Part shown: one piece after another, positions 47,116-55,725 of the stretch
Layout: each line of letters begins with the position of its first letter
How positions within the stretch are numbered: the stretch's first letter is position 1
Origin: an uncultured Actinomycetota bacterium
GTDB lineage: Bacteria; Actinomycetota; Actinomycetes; Actinomycetales; Dermatophilaceae
DNA length: 64,000 bases
Assembly (NCBI GenBank): GCA_963764195.1
Contig: CAVXRG010000011.1
Span: forward strand, 47,353-111,352
Direction: 5' to 3'
The notes under the pieces: model-generated
Seen by the model: only the letters and a program-made list of their open reading frames with translations
Database searches by the model: none
What the model was told of the DNA's origin: nothing
Position numbers and translations under genes: made by a program

Positions 47116-47316
47116 CCGTCAACCCTACAAAGGCCAGTCGACGGGGTCTCGCCAAACCGTCGCGTTCTCCCTGTGAAGACGCTGGGAATCGGCGTCCTCA
47201 TCGGGCACGGGCAGATGGCGATCAGCGCGCGACGAGGTGCGCGAACCCGTGGATCGGTGTCGCCACCGGCCCGTGCGGTGCCCACGTCCGTCGGACGTCG
47301 CCGCTAGCGTCGGGTC

Positions 47317-47847
47317 ATGACCGTCTCGCGCACCGACCCGCCCCTCGCCGCTGACGAGGCGACCACCCTGCTCGCCTTCCTCGACTACCACCGCGACACC
47401 CTGCGGCAGAAGGCCGAGGGGCTCACCGCGGCCCAGCTGGCGACGACCCACCCGCCGTCGACCCTGACGCTCGGGGGCCTGCTCAAGCACGTGGCCCTCA
47501 ACGAGGCGCACTGGTTCGGCGCGATCCTGCACGGGCGCGCGCTCGGCGAGCCGTGGGACGGGGTGGACTGGGACGCCGACCCCGACTGGGAGCTGAGTTC
47601 GGCCGGGCAGGACAGCCCGGAGCGGCTCCGCTCGCTGATGGACGAGTCGGTCGAGCGGGCTCGCAGCGACATCGACGCCGCGCTCGCCGAGGATGGCCTC
47701 GACCAGCTCTCGGTCGGTCGCTCCCGGAGCGAGGACGAGGCCTTCAGCCTGCGCTGGATCGTGCTCCACATGGTCGAGGAGTACGCCCGGCACAACGGCC
47801 ACGCCGACCTGCTGCGCGAGGCGATCGACGGGCGCACCGGGGAGTGA
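47317..47847 (+). CDS. DinB-family (DUF664) protein
   Basis: 176-aa ORF. LLAFLDYHRDTLRQKAEGLTAAQL...LLKHVALNEAHWF...EEYARHNGHADLLRE. Confidence 0.85.
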   Translation: MTVSRTDPPLAADEATTLLAFLDYHRDTLRQKAEGLTAAQLATTHPPSTLTLGGLLKHVALNEAHWFGAILHGRALGEPWDGVDWDADPDWELSSAGQDSPERLRSLMDESVERARSDIDAALAEDGLDQLSVGRSRSEDEAFSLRWIVLHMVEEYARHNGHADLLREAIDGRTGE

Positions 47848-47895
47848 GCAGCGGGCCCAGCCGCCGGCCGCACGGAACCGCCCCGACACCGTCGG

Positions 47896-48261
47896 TCAGG
47901 CCGACTGCGACCTGATGTGGTCGACCACCGGCATGAACTCCTCCGTCGGAGAGAAGTCGACGTAGGCGGTGTCCTCCAGGGCCACCGGGACGTGTCCGGG
48001 CGCCCAGTAGACAGCCTGCCCGGCCTCGTAGAACTCCTCGCCCTCCGTGGAGCGCATCTGCAGCCGGCCGGAGAGGATGTAGCCCCAGTGTGGGCTCTGA
48101 CAGGCGTCGTCGGTCAGCCCGACGAGCATCGGTCCGAGGTCGGCCCCGGCCGGGAGCTTGATGAACGACGTCGTCATGCCTCCACCGATCTCTGCCAGCC
48201 GGACCTCGACGCCACCGCCCTCGATGACGACGGGGACATTGTTGCGGGTGAGTGCGTGCAT
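47896..48261 (-). CDS. Cupin domain protein
   Basis: 121-aa ORF. HWGYILSGRLQMRSTEGEEFYEAGQAVYWAPGH. Confidence 0.7.
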   Translation of the reverse strand: MHALTRNNVPVVIEGGGVEVRLAEIGGGMTTSFIKLPAGADLGPMLVGLTDDACQSPHWGYILSGRLQMRSTEGEEFYEAGQAVYWAPGHVPVALEDTAYVDFSPTEEFMPVVDHIRSQSA

Positions 48262-48382
48262 GATTCCTCCTCGATGGGGCCGCGTGGTTCGGGCCGTTGC
48301 CTCTCACCCTGCTCAGCCCGCGTTCGCGGATCGTTCCGTCGCCTCCGACGTGCTCGTCGGCTGGGTGAGCGCCCGGCGCGGG

Positions 48383-49405
48383 TCAGTCCGCAGTGAGCTT
48401 GGCCAACCTCGAGCGGAGCGACTCCTCGCGGTGGGCATTGCCGTGCAGCCCCAGGTAGGTCTCGCGGTAGACGGCGAGCAGCGAGTCGTCGAGCCGGCGC
48501 ACGGCGCCCGGCGGGTACTTGTAGCCCATCTCGTCGAGCACGGCCGTCGTGTCGACGTCGGCGAGCACGGCCGCGAGCTCGTCGAGGGAGGCGATGCCGA
48601 GCTCGAGCAGCAGCCCGGAGATCCACGCGTAGTGGTCGGGCCGGGACCAGCCGGCGTCGGCGAACTGTCCCGCGAGGAACTTCGCGAGGTCACCGGCGCC
48701 GATCCTCGGGTCGAGCTCGTCGTGCTGCGCCGGTTGGGCCGGCATCGCGAGGTTGAGCCGGTCGCGGATGGCCGTGAACTCCCGGTCGGCGAGCTCGAGC
48801 AGCCCCGCCGCGAGGGTGAACCGGCGGTCGAGGTCGCGGGCGTGCTCCTCGGGCACCGATCCCTTGTAGCGGATGTCGTGCTCGAACTCCGCCCAAGCGT
48901 GCTGCAGGACGGTGCGGACCTGGACCGACGCGCTGCGCAGGCGGAGCGAGGCGTACTCCGGCGGGACGGTGCGGCTCGCGTTGACAGCGACGATGAGGTG
49001 CCGGCTGGCGTAGCCGAAGCGACCCTCGCGGGCGGTCTCGTCGCCGAGGTCCCGGTCGTCGAGGACGGCGAGCTCCTCGGCGAGCAGGTCGGCGACGGCC
49101 GCGACGTCGTTGCGCACGTAGGTGATGACCCGGACGCCGATCTGGTCGGTGATCTGCGTCAGCGGCTCGGGGAACACGAGGTCACCGTCGACGGTGCGGC
49201 CGGCCTTGTCGGCGAAGGACCCGACCGACTTCGTCCGGCCGGTCACGCTGAGGTAGTTGATGCCCGCGTCGTCGAGCAGCGAGGTGACCAGCTCGATGAA
49301 CAGCGCGGTCGCGGCCTCGAGCTCCGGCTGGCGGTCGGCGTACTCGCGGACCGCGGCCCGCACGGGGTCGTCGGGCTGGTCGGTCTGGTCGGGCGGGGCA
49401 GGCAT
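48383..49405 (-). CDS. RelA/SpoT-domain small alarmone synthetase with ~140-aa C-terminal extension
   Basis: 340-aa ORF. GRTKSVGSFADKAGR, DQIGVRVITY, FGYASRHLIV and VQVRTVLQHAWAEFEHDIRYKG. Confidence 0.8.
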   Translation of the reverse strand: MPAPPDQTDQPDDPVRAAVREYADRQPELEAATALFIELVTSLLDDAGINYLSVTGRTKSVGSFADKAGRTVDGDLVFPEPLTQITDQIGVRVITYVRNDVAAVADLLAEELAVLDDRDLGDETAREGRFGYASRHLIVAVNASRTVPPEYASLRLRSASVQVRTVLQHAWAEFEHDIRYKGSVPEEHARDLDRRFTLAAGLLELADREFTAIRDRLNLAMPAQPAQHDELDPRIGAGDLAKFLAGQFADAGWSRPDHYAWISGLLLELGIASLDELAAVLADVDTTAVLDEMGYKYPPGAVRRLDDSLLAVYRETYLGLHGNAHREESLRSRLAKLTAD

Positions 49406-49489
49406 GGCCCCATCCTGCCGCCTGCGCCGACGGATCGCCGCACCCCCGGGGCGGGGGAGCTGACCTCCGGCCCCTCTCAGGGGGTCGGC

Positions 49490-50173
49490 TCAGGGAGTGG
49501 GCGTCGGCAGGGCGAAGGTCGTCTTGAGTGCGCCGTTGACGAGCGCGAGGAACGTCGCGGTCTCCTGGCGGATGACGGCATACCGCGCCGCCGCCTGCGG
49601 CGAGCCGGCTCTCGCCTCCTCGGAGGCGGCGGCGGCAAAGAGCTCGAGGGTCCCGATCCGCCCGAGGTAGCTCGGCAGGTCGAGTCCGGAGGGTCCGCCG
49701 TTGGCGGCGAGCGACGCGAAGTGCCCGGCCATCGCGTCGAGCCGCAGGGCGGCGCCGGGTCCGGTGACCGTCATCGCGTCAAGGGCCGCGACGTCGGTGA
49801 CGAGCAGGCCGTAGTCCCGCGTCGCGGCGGCCTCGTCGAAGACCGACGACGTCGTCAGCGCCGGGCGCGGCAGGGCGGTGACCGTGACGGTCGGGACGGC
49901 GGTCGCCGGGGCCACGACCGTCGCGGTCGTCGTGACGGTCGCCGTCGGGGCGACGACCTGGGTGGCCGTCACCGTCGCCGTGACCGTCAGGGTCGGGGCC
50001 GGGGTGCCGGTCGAGGACCCCGTGGGCAGCGGGGACCCCGGCGCCGGGGTCGTCGGCGCGTCGACGACCCGTTCCTGGGTCAGGTTGACGTCGGGGCCGC
50101 CGGACGAGCACGCCGAGACGCCACCTACCGCGGTGAGCGCGAGGACGGCCGCGAGCACGAAACGGCCGCTCAC
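49490..50173 (-). CDS. Lipoprotein with Thr/Val/Ala/Pro low-complexity region
   Basis: ORF 49490..50365 trimmed to GTG 50173 (VSGRFVLAAVLALTAVGGVSAC lipobox). The start overlaps the upstream stop (GTGA). The TLTVTATVTATQVVAPTATVTTTATVVAPATAVPTVTVTALP tract is present. Confidence 0.6.
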   Translation of the reverse strand: MSGRFVLAAVLALTAVGGVSACSSGGPDVNLTQERVVDAPTTPAPGSPLPTGSSTGTPAPTLTVTATVTATQVVAPTATVTTTATVVAPATAVPTVTVTALPRPALTTSSVFDEAAATRDYGLLVTDVAALDAMTVTGPGAALRLDAMAGHFASLAANGGPSGLDLPSYLGRIGTLELFAAAASEEARAGSPQAAARYAVIRQETATFLALVNGALKTTFALPTPTP

Positions 50174-50574
50174 AGCAGCGAGCTCGGGTCGTCGGGGACG
50201 TCGGCGGCATACGCCTGGAGGAGCTGGAGCGGGACGACGTCGAGCGAGCGCTCGTGCGTGGCCGCGAGCACGACCGGGGCTGCCGCGCCGTCGCGCTGGG
50301 CCTGGAGCCACCGGGCGGCCACGACGCACCAGCGGTCGCCGGGCCGCAGCCCGGGGAAGCGCCACTCCGGTCGCGCGGTCGCCAGGTCATTGCCGACCCG
50401 CTCCTGGTGGGTGAGGAACTCGGGGGTCACGACGACGCAGATCGTGTGGCTGCCCCGGTCCTCGGGCCCGGCCGTGCAACACCCGTCGCGGTAGAAGCCG
50501 GTGAGCGGCTCGGTGCCGCAGGTCTCGAGCTCACCCCCGAGCACGTTGCGCTCCCCGCTCTCCATGGCTGACAC
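50170..50574 (-). CDS. DUF2237 family protein
   Basis: 134-aa ORF. NVLGGELETCGTEPLTGFYRDGCCTAGPEDRGSHTICVVVTPEFL. Confidence 0.8.
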   Translation of the reverse strand: MSAMESGERNVLGGELETCGTEPLTGFYRDGCCTAGPEDRGSHTICVVVTPEFLTHQERVGNDLATARPEWRFPGLRPGDRWCVVAARWLQAQRDGAAAPVVLAATHERSLDVVPLQLLQAYAADVPDDPSSLL

Positions 50575-50656
50575 CGTAGCCCCCGAAGGCGCCCGGCGAT
50601 CCCGGATGGGACGGATTCCGTCCGCCGTGCCGGCGCGTGCTGGCTACGCTGGTCGC

Positions 50657-51097
50657 ATGCCCGAGACCGCGCCCCACGACCCGGACCACGTCGATGCCTG
50701 CCGGGCCCGCGCCGAGGCCCAGGTCGTCATGTGGCGGGAGGTCTCGCAGGCGGTTCGTGGTCATGGCGAGGAGGACCTCAGCCGGCTCGAGAGCGCCCTC
50801 GACTCGCTCGAGGCGGAGTACTTCAACAACATGCTCATCGTCCTCGAGAGCTACTTCGAGGGCCCGTCCGGCGGTGGAGCGCCCGTCGGCGGCCGGGCCG
50901 GTGACGAGGTCCGGCTGCTCTGTCGCTCCCTCCGCGAGGGCGGCGGGACGGTGCTCGAGGACGGCGCGCCCCGGACCGACCCGTCCGGCACCGTGCTCGG
51001 CCTCTCCGTCGGCGACCCGATCGCGCTGAGCCAGGAGCAGTACGTCCGGCTGGCCGACGCGTTCTTCCGCGAGGTCGAGCGCGGGGCCACGGCCTGA
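50657..51097 (+). CDS. Hypothetical protein
   Basis: ORF 50501..51097 trimmed to ATG 50657. Composition is normal. The stop lies 1 nt before the acylase GTG. No motif recognised. Confidence 0.45.
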   Translation: MPETAPHDPDHVDACRARAEAQVVMWREVSQAVRGHGEEDLSRLESALDSLEAEYFNNMLIVLESYFEGPSGGGAPVGGRAGDEVRLLCRSLREGGGTVLEDGAPRTDPSGTVLGLSVGDPIALSQEQYVRLADAFFREVERGATA

Positions 51098-51098
51098 G

Positions 51099-53195
51099 GT
51101 GCCGGTGCCGGTGCCCGACCCGGGCTCCGTCGTCCGCGACGACCTCGGCATCCCGCACCTGCGTGCGCCCTCGCTGACCGCCCTGATGCGTCTGCAGGGC
51201 CGGGTCACCGCCGGTGACCGCGCCTGGCAGGTCGAGCACCAGCGCTGGCGGATGGAGGGTCGGACCGCGGAGTACCTCGGCGAGCAGGGCCTGCCGTGGG
51301 ACCGCTTCGCCCGGCAGGTCCGCCTCGAGGCCACGGCGCGCGCCTGCTACGAGGCCCTCGACGAGGAGACCCGCGACGTCGTGTCCGCCTACGTCGCGGG
51401 GGTGAACGAGGCGTTGCCGACCGCCCTGCCGCAGGCCCAGGAGGTGCGGGTCCTCGGACTCGAGTCGTATGCCGCCCAGCCGCGCCCGTGGGAGCCCTGG
51501 ACCCCGCTCGGCATCTTCTGGGCGATCCACCTGCTCTTCGGCACCTTCCCGTCGAAGCTCTTCGCCGCGCACGTGCGCTCGAGGCTCGGCCCCGAGTGGC
51601 TCGACCTCTTCGACACCGAGGGCGGACCGTGGCAGGCCGGGAGCAACGCGTGGGTCGTCGGCGGACACCGCACCGCGTCGGGGCTGCCGCTCGTGGCCGG
51701 CGACCCGCATCGGACCATCGAGCTGCCCGGCACCTACCAGCAGGTCGGCCTGTGCTGCCCCGGTGTCGACGTCGTCGGCTTCAGCTTCCCCGGCGTGCCG
51801 GGGGTCCAGCACTTCGCCCACGGTGGCCGCGTCGCCTGGGCGATCACGAACGCGATGGCCGACTACCAGGACCTGACCGAGGAGCAGCTGCGCTCCGGCG
51901 CCGACGGGCTGGAGGCGCGCGGCCCAGAGGGCTGGGAGCCGACCGACTCTGCCGTCGAGACCGTCGTGGTCCGTGGGGCGCCCGACGTCGAGGTGCCCGT
52001 CATCGTGACGCGCCGGGGTCCCGTTGTCACCGGGCTCGACCTCGACGTGGCGGGCGGGTCGATCGACGTGGGAGCCGGCCCGGCGGCATACAGCCTGCGG
52101 ACGCCCTCGCAGGTGGGTCTCGACCTCGGCTTCTCCGCCCTCGTCCCGCTCCTGCGGGCCCGGAGCGTCGACGACGTCGTCGGGGCTCTCGCCCACTGGG
52201 TCGAGCCGGTCAACAGTGCGGTGGTCGCCGACGACACCGGGGCGATGCGCCACCTCGTCGTCGGCCGGGTGGCTCGCCGGCACGAGGCGAACCTCGTCGG
52301 GCCGGTGCCGGCCTGGGATCCGCGGCACGGCTGGGACGGTTGGGCGCCCGGCCCGGTGACGGTCGTCGAGGACCTCATGGTCAGTGCGAACGACCGGGCG
52401 AGCGGTGGCGGACTCGGCGCCCAGTACGCGACCCCCTTCCGGGCCAGACGGATCCGCGAGCTGCTGGGGGACCGCCACGACCTGACGGCCGACGACTGTG
52501 CCGCGATCTCGTTGGACACCCGCAACGGTCAGGCCGAGCTGATGCGGGGGCTCGTCTCGGCCGCCGACGTCACCGGCGCCGCCGCAGCGGTGCGCGCGGT
52601 CCTGCTCGGGTGGGACGGCCACAGCGACGTCGACAGCCCCGGCGCGGCGGTCTTCGCGGAGTGGCGGCACGAGCTCGTGTCGTGGTTCGTCGAGCACCCG
52701 GCCCTCGCGCCGCTGCTCGTCGACACCGGGCACAGCCCCCTCTTCGAGCCGTGGCTCTCGGTGCCACAAGCGGTCGGCGCGACGTGGGGGACCATGGCGC
52801 GCGGATGCAGCCGGGTCGGCATCGACGTGACTGAGGGCGTGGTCGCGGCCCTCGAGCGCGTTGCGGCACAGGAGGACCCGGGCGTGTGGGGTGACCGGCA
52901 CACCTTCGACCCGATCCACGTCCTCGACGGCTGGCCCCAGAGTCCGCTCGTCGGGGGAGCGCCCACTCCGGGTGACAGCGGGTGCGTGCTCGCGGCAGGG
53001 AGCGCGCCGGGGCTGAGCGATCGGTGCTCCAAGGGGCCGGTGGCGCGCTACGTCTGGGACCTCGCCGACCGCGACGCGAGCGGGTGGGTCGTCCCCGGCG
53101 GGTCGTCGGGTCTGGAGGGCAGCCCCCACTTCGCCGACCAGCTCGAGGACTGGCTGGTGGGGCGGCTCCAGCGGGTGGGTCAGCCCCGGCGGTAG
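51099..53195 (+). CDS. Penicillin/AHL acylase family Ntn-hydrolase
   Basis: 698-aa ORF with a GTG start. IVRDDLGIPHL, the GSNAWVVGG nucleophile Ser site and LVAGDPH. Confidence 0.85.
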   Translation: MPVPVPDPGSVVRDDLGIPHLRAPSLTALMRLQGRVTAGDRAWQVEHQRWRMEGRTAEYLGEQGLPWDRFARQVRLEATARACYEALDEETRDVVSAYVAGVNEALPTALPQAQEVRVLGLESYAAQPRPWEPWTPLGIFWAIHLLFGTFPSKLFAAHVRSRLGPEWLDLFDTEGGPWQAGSNAWVVGGHRTASGLPLVAGDPHRTIELPGTYQQVGLCCPGVDVVGFSFPGVPGVQHFAHGGRVAWAITNAMADYQDLTEEQLRSGADGLEARGPEGWEPTDSAVETVVVRGAPDVEVPVIVTRRGPVVTGLDLDVAGGSIDVGAGPAAYSLRTPSQVGLDLGFSALVPLLRARSVDDVVGALAHWVEPVNSAVVADDTGAMRHLVVGRVARRHEANLVGPVPAWDPRHGWDGWAPGPVTVVEDLMVSANDRASGGGLGAQYATPFRARRIRELLGDRHDLTADDCAAISLDTRNGQAELMRGLVSAADVTGAAAAVRAVLLGWDGHSDVDSPGAAVFAEWRHELVSWFVEHPALAPLLVDTGHSPLFEPWLSVPQAVGATWGTMARGCSRVGIDVTEGVVAALERVAAQEDPGVWGDRHTFDPIHVLDGWPQSPLVGGAPTPGDSGCVLAAGSAPGLSDRCSKGPVARYVWDLADRDASGWVVPGGSSGLEGSPHFADQLEDWLVGRLQRVGQPRR

Positions 53196-53365
53196 CCCGC
53201 CACGCCGACGACGACGCCGAAGAGCGCGACGATCGGGCCGATGATCGCCCAGAGGGTGACCCCTGACATGACGCTGCCGCCGACGACGCCGAGACCCTGG
53301 AGCGTCCAGAGCAGCCCGATGGCCACGAGGATGCCGCCGAAGACCATGAGCAGTGAGCGGTTCAT
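53180..53365 (-). CDS. 61-aa two-TM membrane peptide
   Basis: ORF in the track. MNRSLLMVFGGILVAIGLLWTLQGLGVVGGSVMSGVTLWAIIGPIVALFGVVVGVAGY. No clear Shine-Dalgarno. The 3' end overlaps the acylase 3' end by 16 nt. Confidence 0.4.
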   Translation of the reverse strand: MNRSLLMVFGGILVAIGLLWTLQGLGVVGGSVMSGVTLWAIIGPIVALFGVVVGVAGYRRG

Positions 53366-53410
53366 GCGCCCGAGACTAGTCCGAACCCCACGTGGCGCGG
53401 CCGCCCAGCC

Positions 53411-54202
53411 TCAGCCGACGGGCATCGGCAGCACGACGGCCTGGTCGCCGCCGGGCGACCACCGAGCACCGAAGGTGCACCCCGGTCCGCTCACGGTGAG
53501 CGTCGGCGCCGCCCAGGTGCCGCCGATGGCCCAGAACTCGGCGCCGGCGACATCCGTGCACCCGGTCGCGGCGGTCGCGCCGGCGACGTCGTCGGCGTCG
53601 ATGACGACGGCGACCCTGGTGGGCTCGGTGACCGGTGAGCTCGAGTCCACCTGGGTGAGTGCGACGGCGATCGCCGCGCAGACGAGCGCCGCGCCGGCGC
53701 CCATCGCCCAGAGGAAGCGGGTGAACCATGCCTTCGTGTCCACGAACAGCCGCCACTCGCGCACCGCGTCATGGCCGGCGCGCAGTCGCACCCAGTCCTC
53801 CGGGGTCGCCCCTCCGGCGAACACGTCGGTGGCGAACTGGCGGAACTCGGCCTCGCTGAGGAAGTCGGGACTCGCGATGCCGTTGCTGAACGCGGTCTCC
53901 AGCGACTGCCTGACCTTCGCGTCCGCCGTCTGCAGCGTGATCACCTGCACGGGCTCCTGGCTCAGCACTCGGGCGGCGACGACGAGGACGGCGCCGATGG
54001 ACACGAGGATGACGACCGCGCTGACGACGAGAGGCCAGTGCGCACCGAACCAGGCTCCCTTGTCGGTGGCGGCGGCGAGGCTGGCACCCACGGGGCCACC
54101 CGCGACGACGACGGCGCTGACGACCGTCGTGACGGGGGTGAGGGCCGCGAGCCACTTGGTCGTGTCGCGGTAGGCGTCGACGCTCGTCTGGTAGACCGAC
54201 AT
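53411..54202 (-). CDS. Three-TM membrane protein with C-terminal extracytoplasmic Cys-pair domain, unknown function
   Basis: ORF 53411..55024 trimmed to ATG 54202 with a GAGGAGGG Shine-Dalgarno. The TM segments are LTPVTTVVSAVVVAGG, WPLVVSAVVILVSIGAVLVVAA and FLWAMGAGAALVCAAIAVAL. Confidence 0.5.
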   Translation of the reverse strand: MSVYQTSVDAYRDTTKWLAALTPVTTVVSAVVVAGGPVGASLAAATDKGAWFGAHWPLVVSAVVILVSIGAVLVVAARVLSQEPVQVITLQTADAKVRQSLETAFSNGIASPDFLSEAEFRQFATDVFAGGATPEDWVRLRAGHDAVREWRLFVDTKAWFTRFLWAMGAGAALVCAAIAVALTQVDSSSPVTEPTRVAVVIDADDVAGATAATGCTDVAGAEFWAIGGTWAAPTLTVSGPGCTFGARWSPGGDQAVVLPMPVG

Positions 54203-54218
54203 GTCCCTCCTCGACAGT

Positions 54219-54261
54219 CCCGAGATAGAGATTACCGAGATATGTCGGGTAAACTCTAGAG
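54219..54261. promoter_or_regulatory. AT-rich divergent control region with CCGAGATA direct repeat, a 14-bp near-palindrome and a CTCTAGAG palindrome
   Basis: CCGAGATA at 54220-54227 and 54235-54242. CCGAgATATgTCGG at 54235-54248. CTCTAGAG at 54254-54261. Locally this is the most AT-rich stretch in the area. Confidence 0.3.
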
Positions 54262-54280
54262 GGATCTCCAGGAGGATGCC

Positions 54281-55000
54281 ATGAACTCGACCGACTACGG
54301 CCCCGTGCCGGTCTCCCGGCTGAAGAGCGAGCGCGTCAACGTGCTGTCGGCGCTCGAAGGGGGACGCAGCGTGCTGCTGTCCCGCCATGGTCGCGTGGTC
54401 GCCCTGCTGAAGCCGCTCGAACCGCATCACGACGGGCTCGTCCGGTCGCTCTTCACCACGGGGCGGCAGAGTGTCCCCGTGCTCACGATGACCCAGATCG
54501 AGTCCGGTTCCCCGTCGGCGGCGGTGCGGCGGGCCGAGGAGGGCTCCGACACCCTCGTTGCCGACCTCAAGCGCAACCGCGTCTACGGTGTGCTCACCGC
54601 GAAGCCCGAGCCGCTCTCGGACGACGAGGCGTCGGCACGCGCCGACCGCATCGCCCAGTTCCTGGCCGACGACCCGGAGGCGACCGCCGACGACCTGGCC
54701 GACTTCTCCGAGGAGCTGGACGCGGAGGCTCGCACGACCCTCCGAGCGCGTGCGGAGGTCGCGGCCTTCCGGCAGGCCGTGCTCACACAGACCGCGTCGC
54801 CCGAGGACCAGGGCGCCGTCGCCGTCGAGCTGGCCGGGCTGCTGCCGGAGGCAATCACCACGAGCCAGCTCGGCGAAGGGCAGGCGATGGCGCTGGCGGC
54901 GTCGCTCCAGGCGGCTGGAGATGCCCTGCGGGCCCGGGTGGAGCAGGTGGGCGATCCCTTCACTGCCGCGTCCCTCCCTCGACCGGCGAGAGCGCGTTAG
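54281..55000 (+). CDS. Protein with two Phd/YefM-antitoxin-like N-terminal modules and an acidic helical tail
   Basis: 239-aa ORF with a GGAGGA Shine-Dalgarno. VPVSRLKSERVNVLSALEGGRSVLLSRHGRVVALLKPLE fits the Phd/YefM beta-alpha-beta pattern. PVLTMTQIESGSPSAAVRRAEEGSDTLVADLKRNRVYGVLT looks like a second copy. Confidence 0.5.
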   Translation: MNSTDYGPVPVSRLKSERVNVLSALEGGRSVLLSRHGRVVALLKPLEPHHDGLVRSLFTTGRQSVPVLTMTQIESGSPSAAVRRAEEGSDTLVADLKRNRVYGVLTAKPEPLSDDEASARADRIAQFLADDPEATADDLADFSEELDAEARTTLRARAEVAAFRQAVLTQTASPEDQGAVAVELAGLLPEAITTSQLGEGQAMALAASLQAAGDALRARVEQVGDPFTAASLPRPARAR

Positions 55001-55038
55001 CCTGCAAGGCATCTGCAGACACACGACGGGGAGGTGAC

Positions 55039-55440
55039 GTGGGAACCGGGCTGCGCACGAGGGCAGGAAACCCCGACGTGCTCGGCGGCGCCTTCCTCGG
55101 TGTCCTCGTCCGGCTGCTCGACACCTACCGGCCGACGGTCGAAGCGCTGTTGCAGGGCAAGCCCGTGACCCTCGACGACGACCTCGAGATCACCACCAAC
55201 GAGAGCGGGGACGGGAAGCAGGTCATCGAACTCCTCGTCGTGCGTCCTGGTGTCGACAAGAAGATCGTCATCCAGCTGAGAGCGCATGACGGAGGGGGCC
55301 AGGACGACGATCCGGCGTCATCGATCCCGCCACCCGGTCCGTGGCACACGACGGATGCTGACGGCAGCACCGTGTGGCGGCTGTTCAACGCCGTCGTGCT
55401 GAACCTCGAGCAGCCGCACAACACGGCGGCGGACGGCTGA
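55039..55440 (+). CDS. Hypothetical 133-aa protein
   Basis: ORF in the track with a GTG start preceded by GGGGAGG. No motif recognised. Confidence 0.4.
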   Translation: MGTGLRTRAGNPDVLGGAFLGVLVRLLDTYRPTVEALLQGKPVTLDDDLEITTNESGDGKQVIELLVVRPGVDKKIVIQLRAHDGGGQDDDPASSIPPPGPWHTTDADGSTVWRLFNAVVLNLEQPHNTAADG

Positions 55441-55477
55441 GGGCTCGGGTGAGCACCCACCCGGGCGCTGTGCCACA

Positions 55478-55723
55478 GTGAACCGCGTGGGCACACCAAT
55501 CACTCGGGCGACAGTCATCTGGTTCGTCGGCGCCGCTCTCGTCGGGGCGGTCGCCGGGATGCTGCACCTGTGGCGCTCGGTCCTCGGCGGCGGTCACCCC
55601 GGCACCCCGCTCGCCGTCGTCACCTTCGTGGTCACGGCGCTCGCTGCGGTCATGCTCTACCGCGGGATGATGACGGCCGCGGGCGAGCAGGACCGGCGGG
55701 CGAGCCGCGGCAGGACGCGCTGA
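55478..55723 (+). CDS. 81-aa two-TM membrane peptide
   Basis: ORF in the track with a GTG start. VIWFVGAALVGAVAGMLHLW and PLAVVTFVVTALAAVMLY. Confidence 0.4.
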   Translation: MNRVGTPITRATVIWFVGAALVGAVAGMLHLWRSVLGGGHPGTPLAVVTFVVTALAAVMLYRGMMTAAGEQDRRASRGRTR

Positions 55724-55725
55724 CG

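Noticed and set aside
47116-47316. 200-bp gene-free region upstream of the FAD-oxidoreductase gene as a riboswitch or sRNA
   Set aside because: Only a weak CCGTCAAC..GTCGACGG inverted repeat was seen, and no motif I can match to a known RNA family. This is insufficient evidence.
48383-49405. Calling the RelA/SpoT protein a toxSAS toxin
   Set aside because: There is no adjacent small antitoxin-like ORF, and its size is compatible with housekeeping actinobacterial small alarmone synthetases. It is kept only as a moderate-interest item to check.
48158-53129. 778-aa plus ORF (48158..50494) and 764-aa minus ORF (50835..53129)
   Set aside because: These are antisense shadows of the alarmone synthetase, lipoprotein and DUF2237 genes, and of the penicillin-acylase gene, respectively. 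They have Arg/Gly/Asp/Pro-biased composition and no recognisable motifs.
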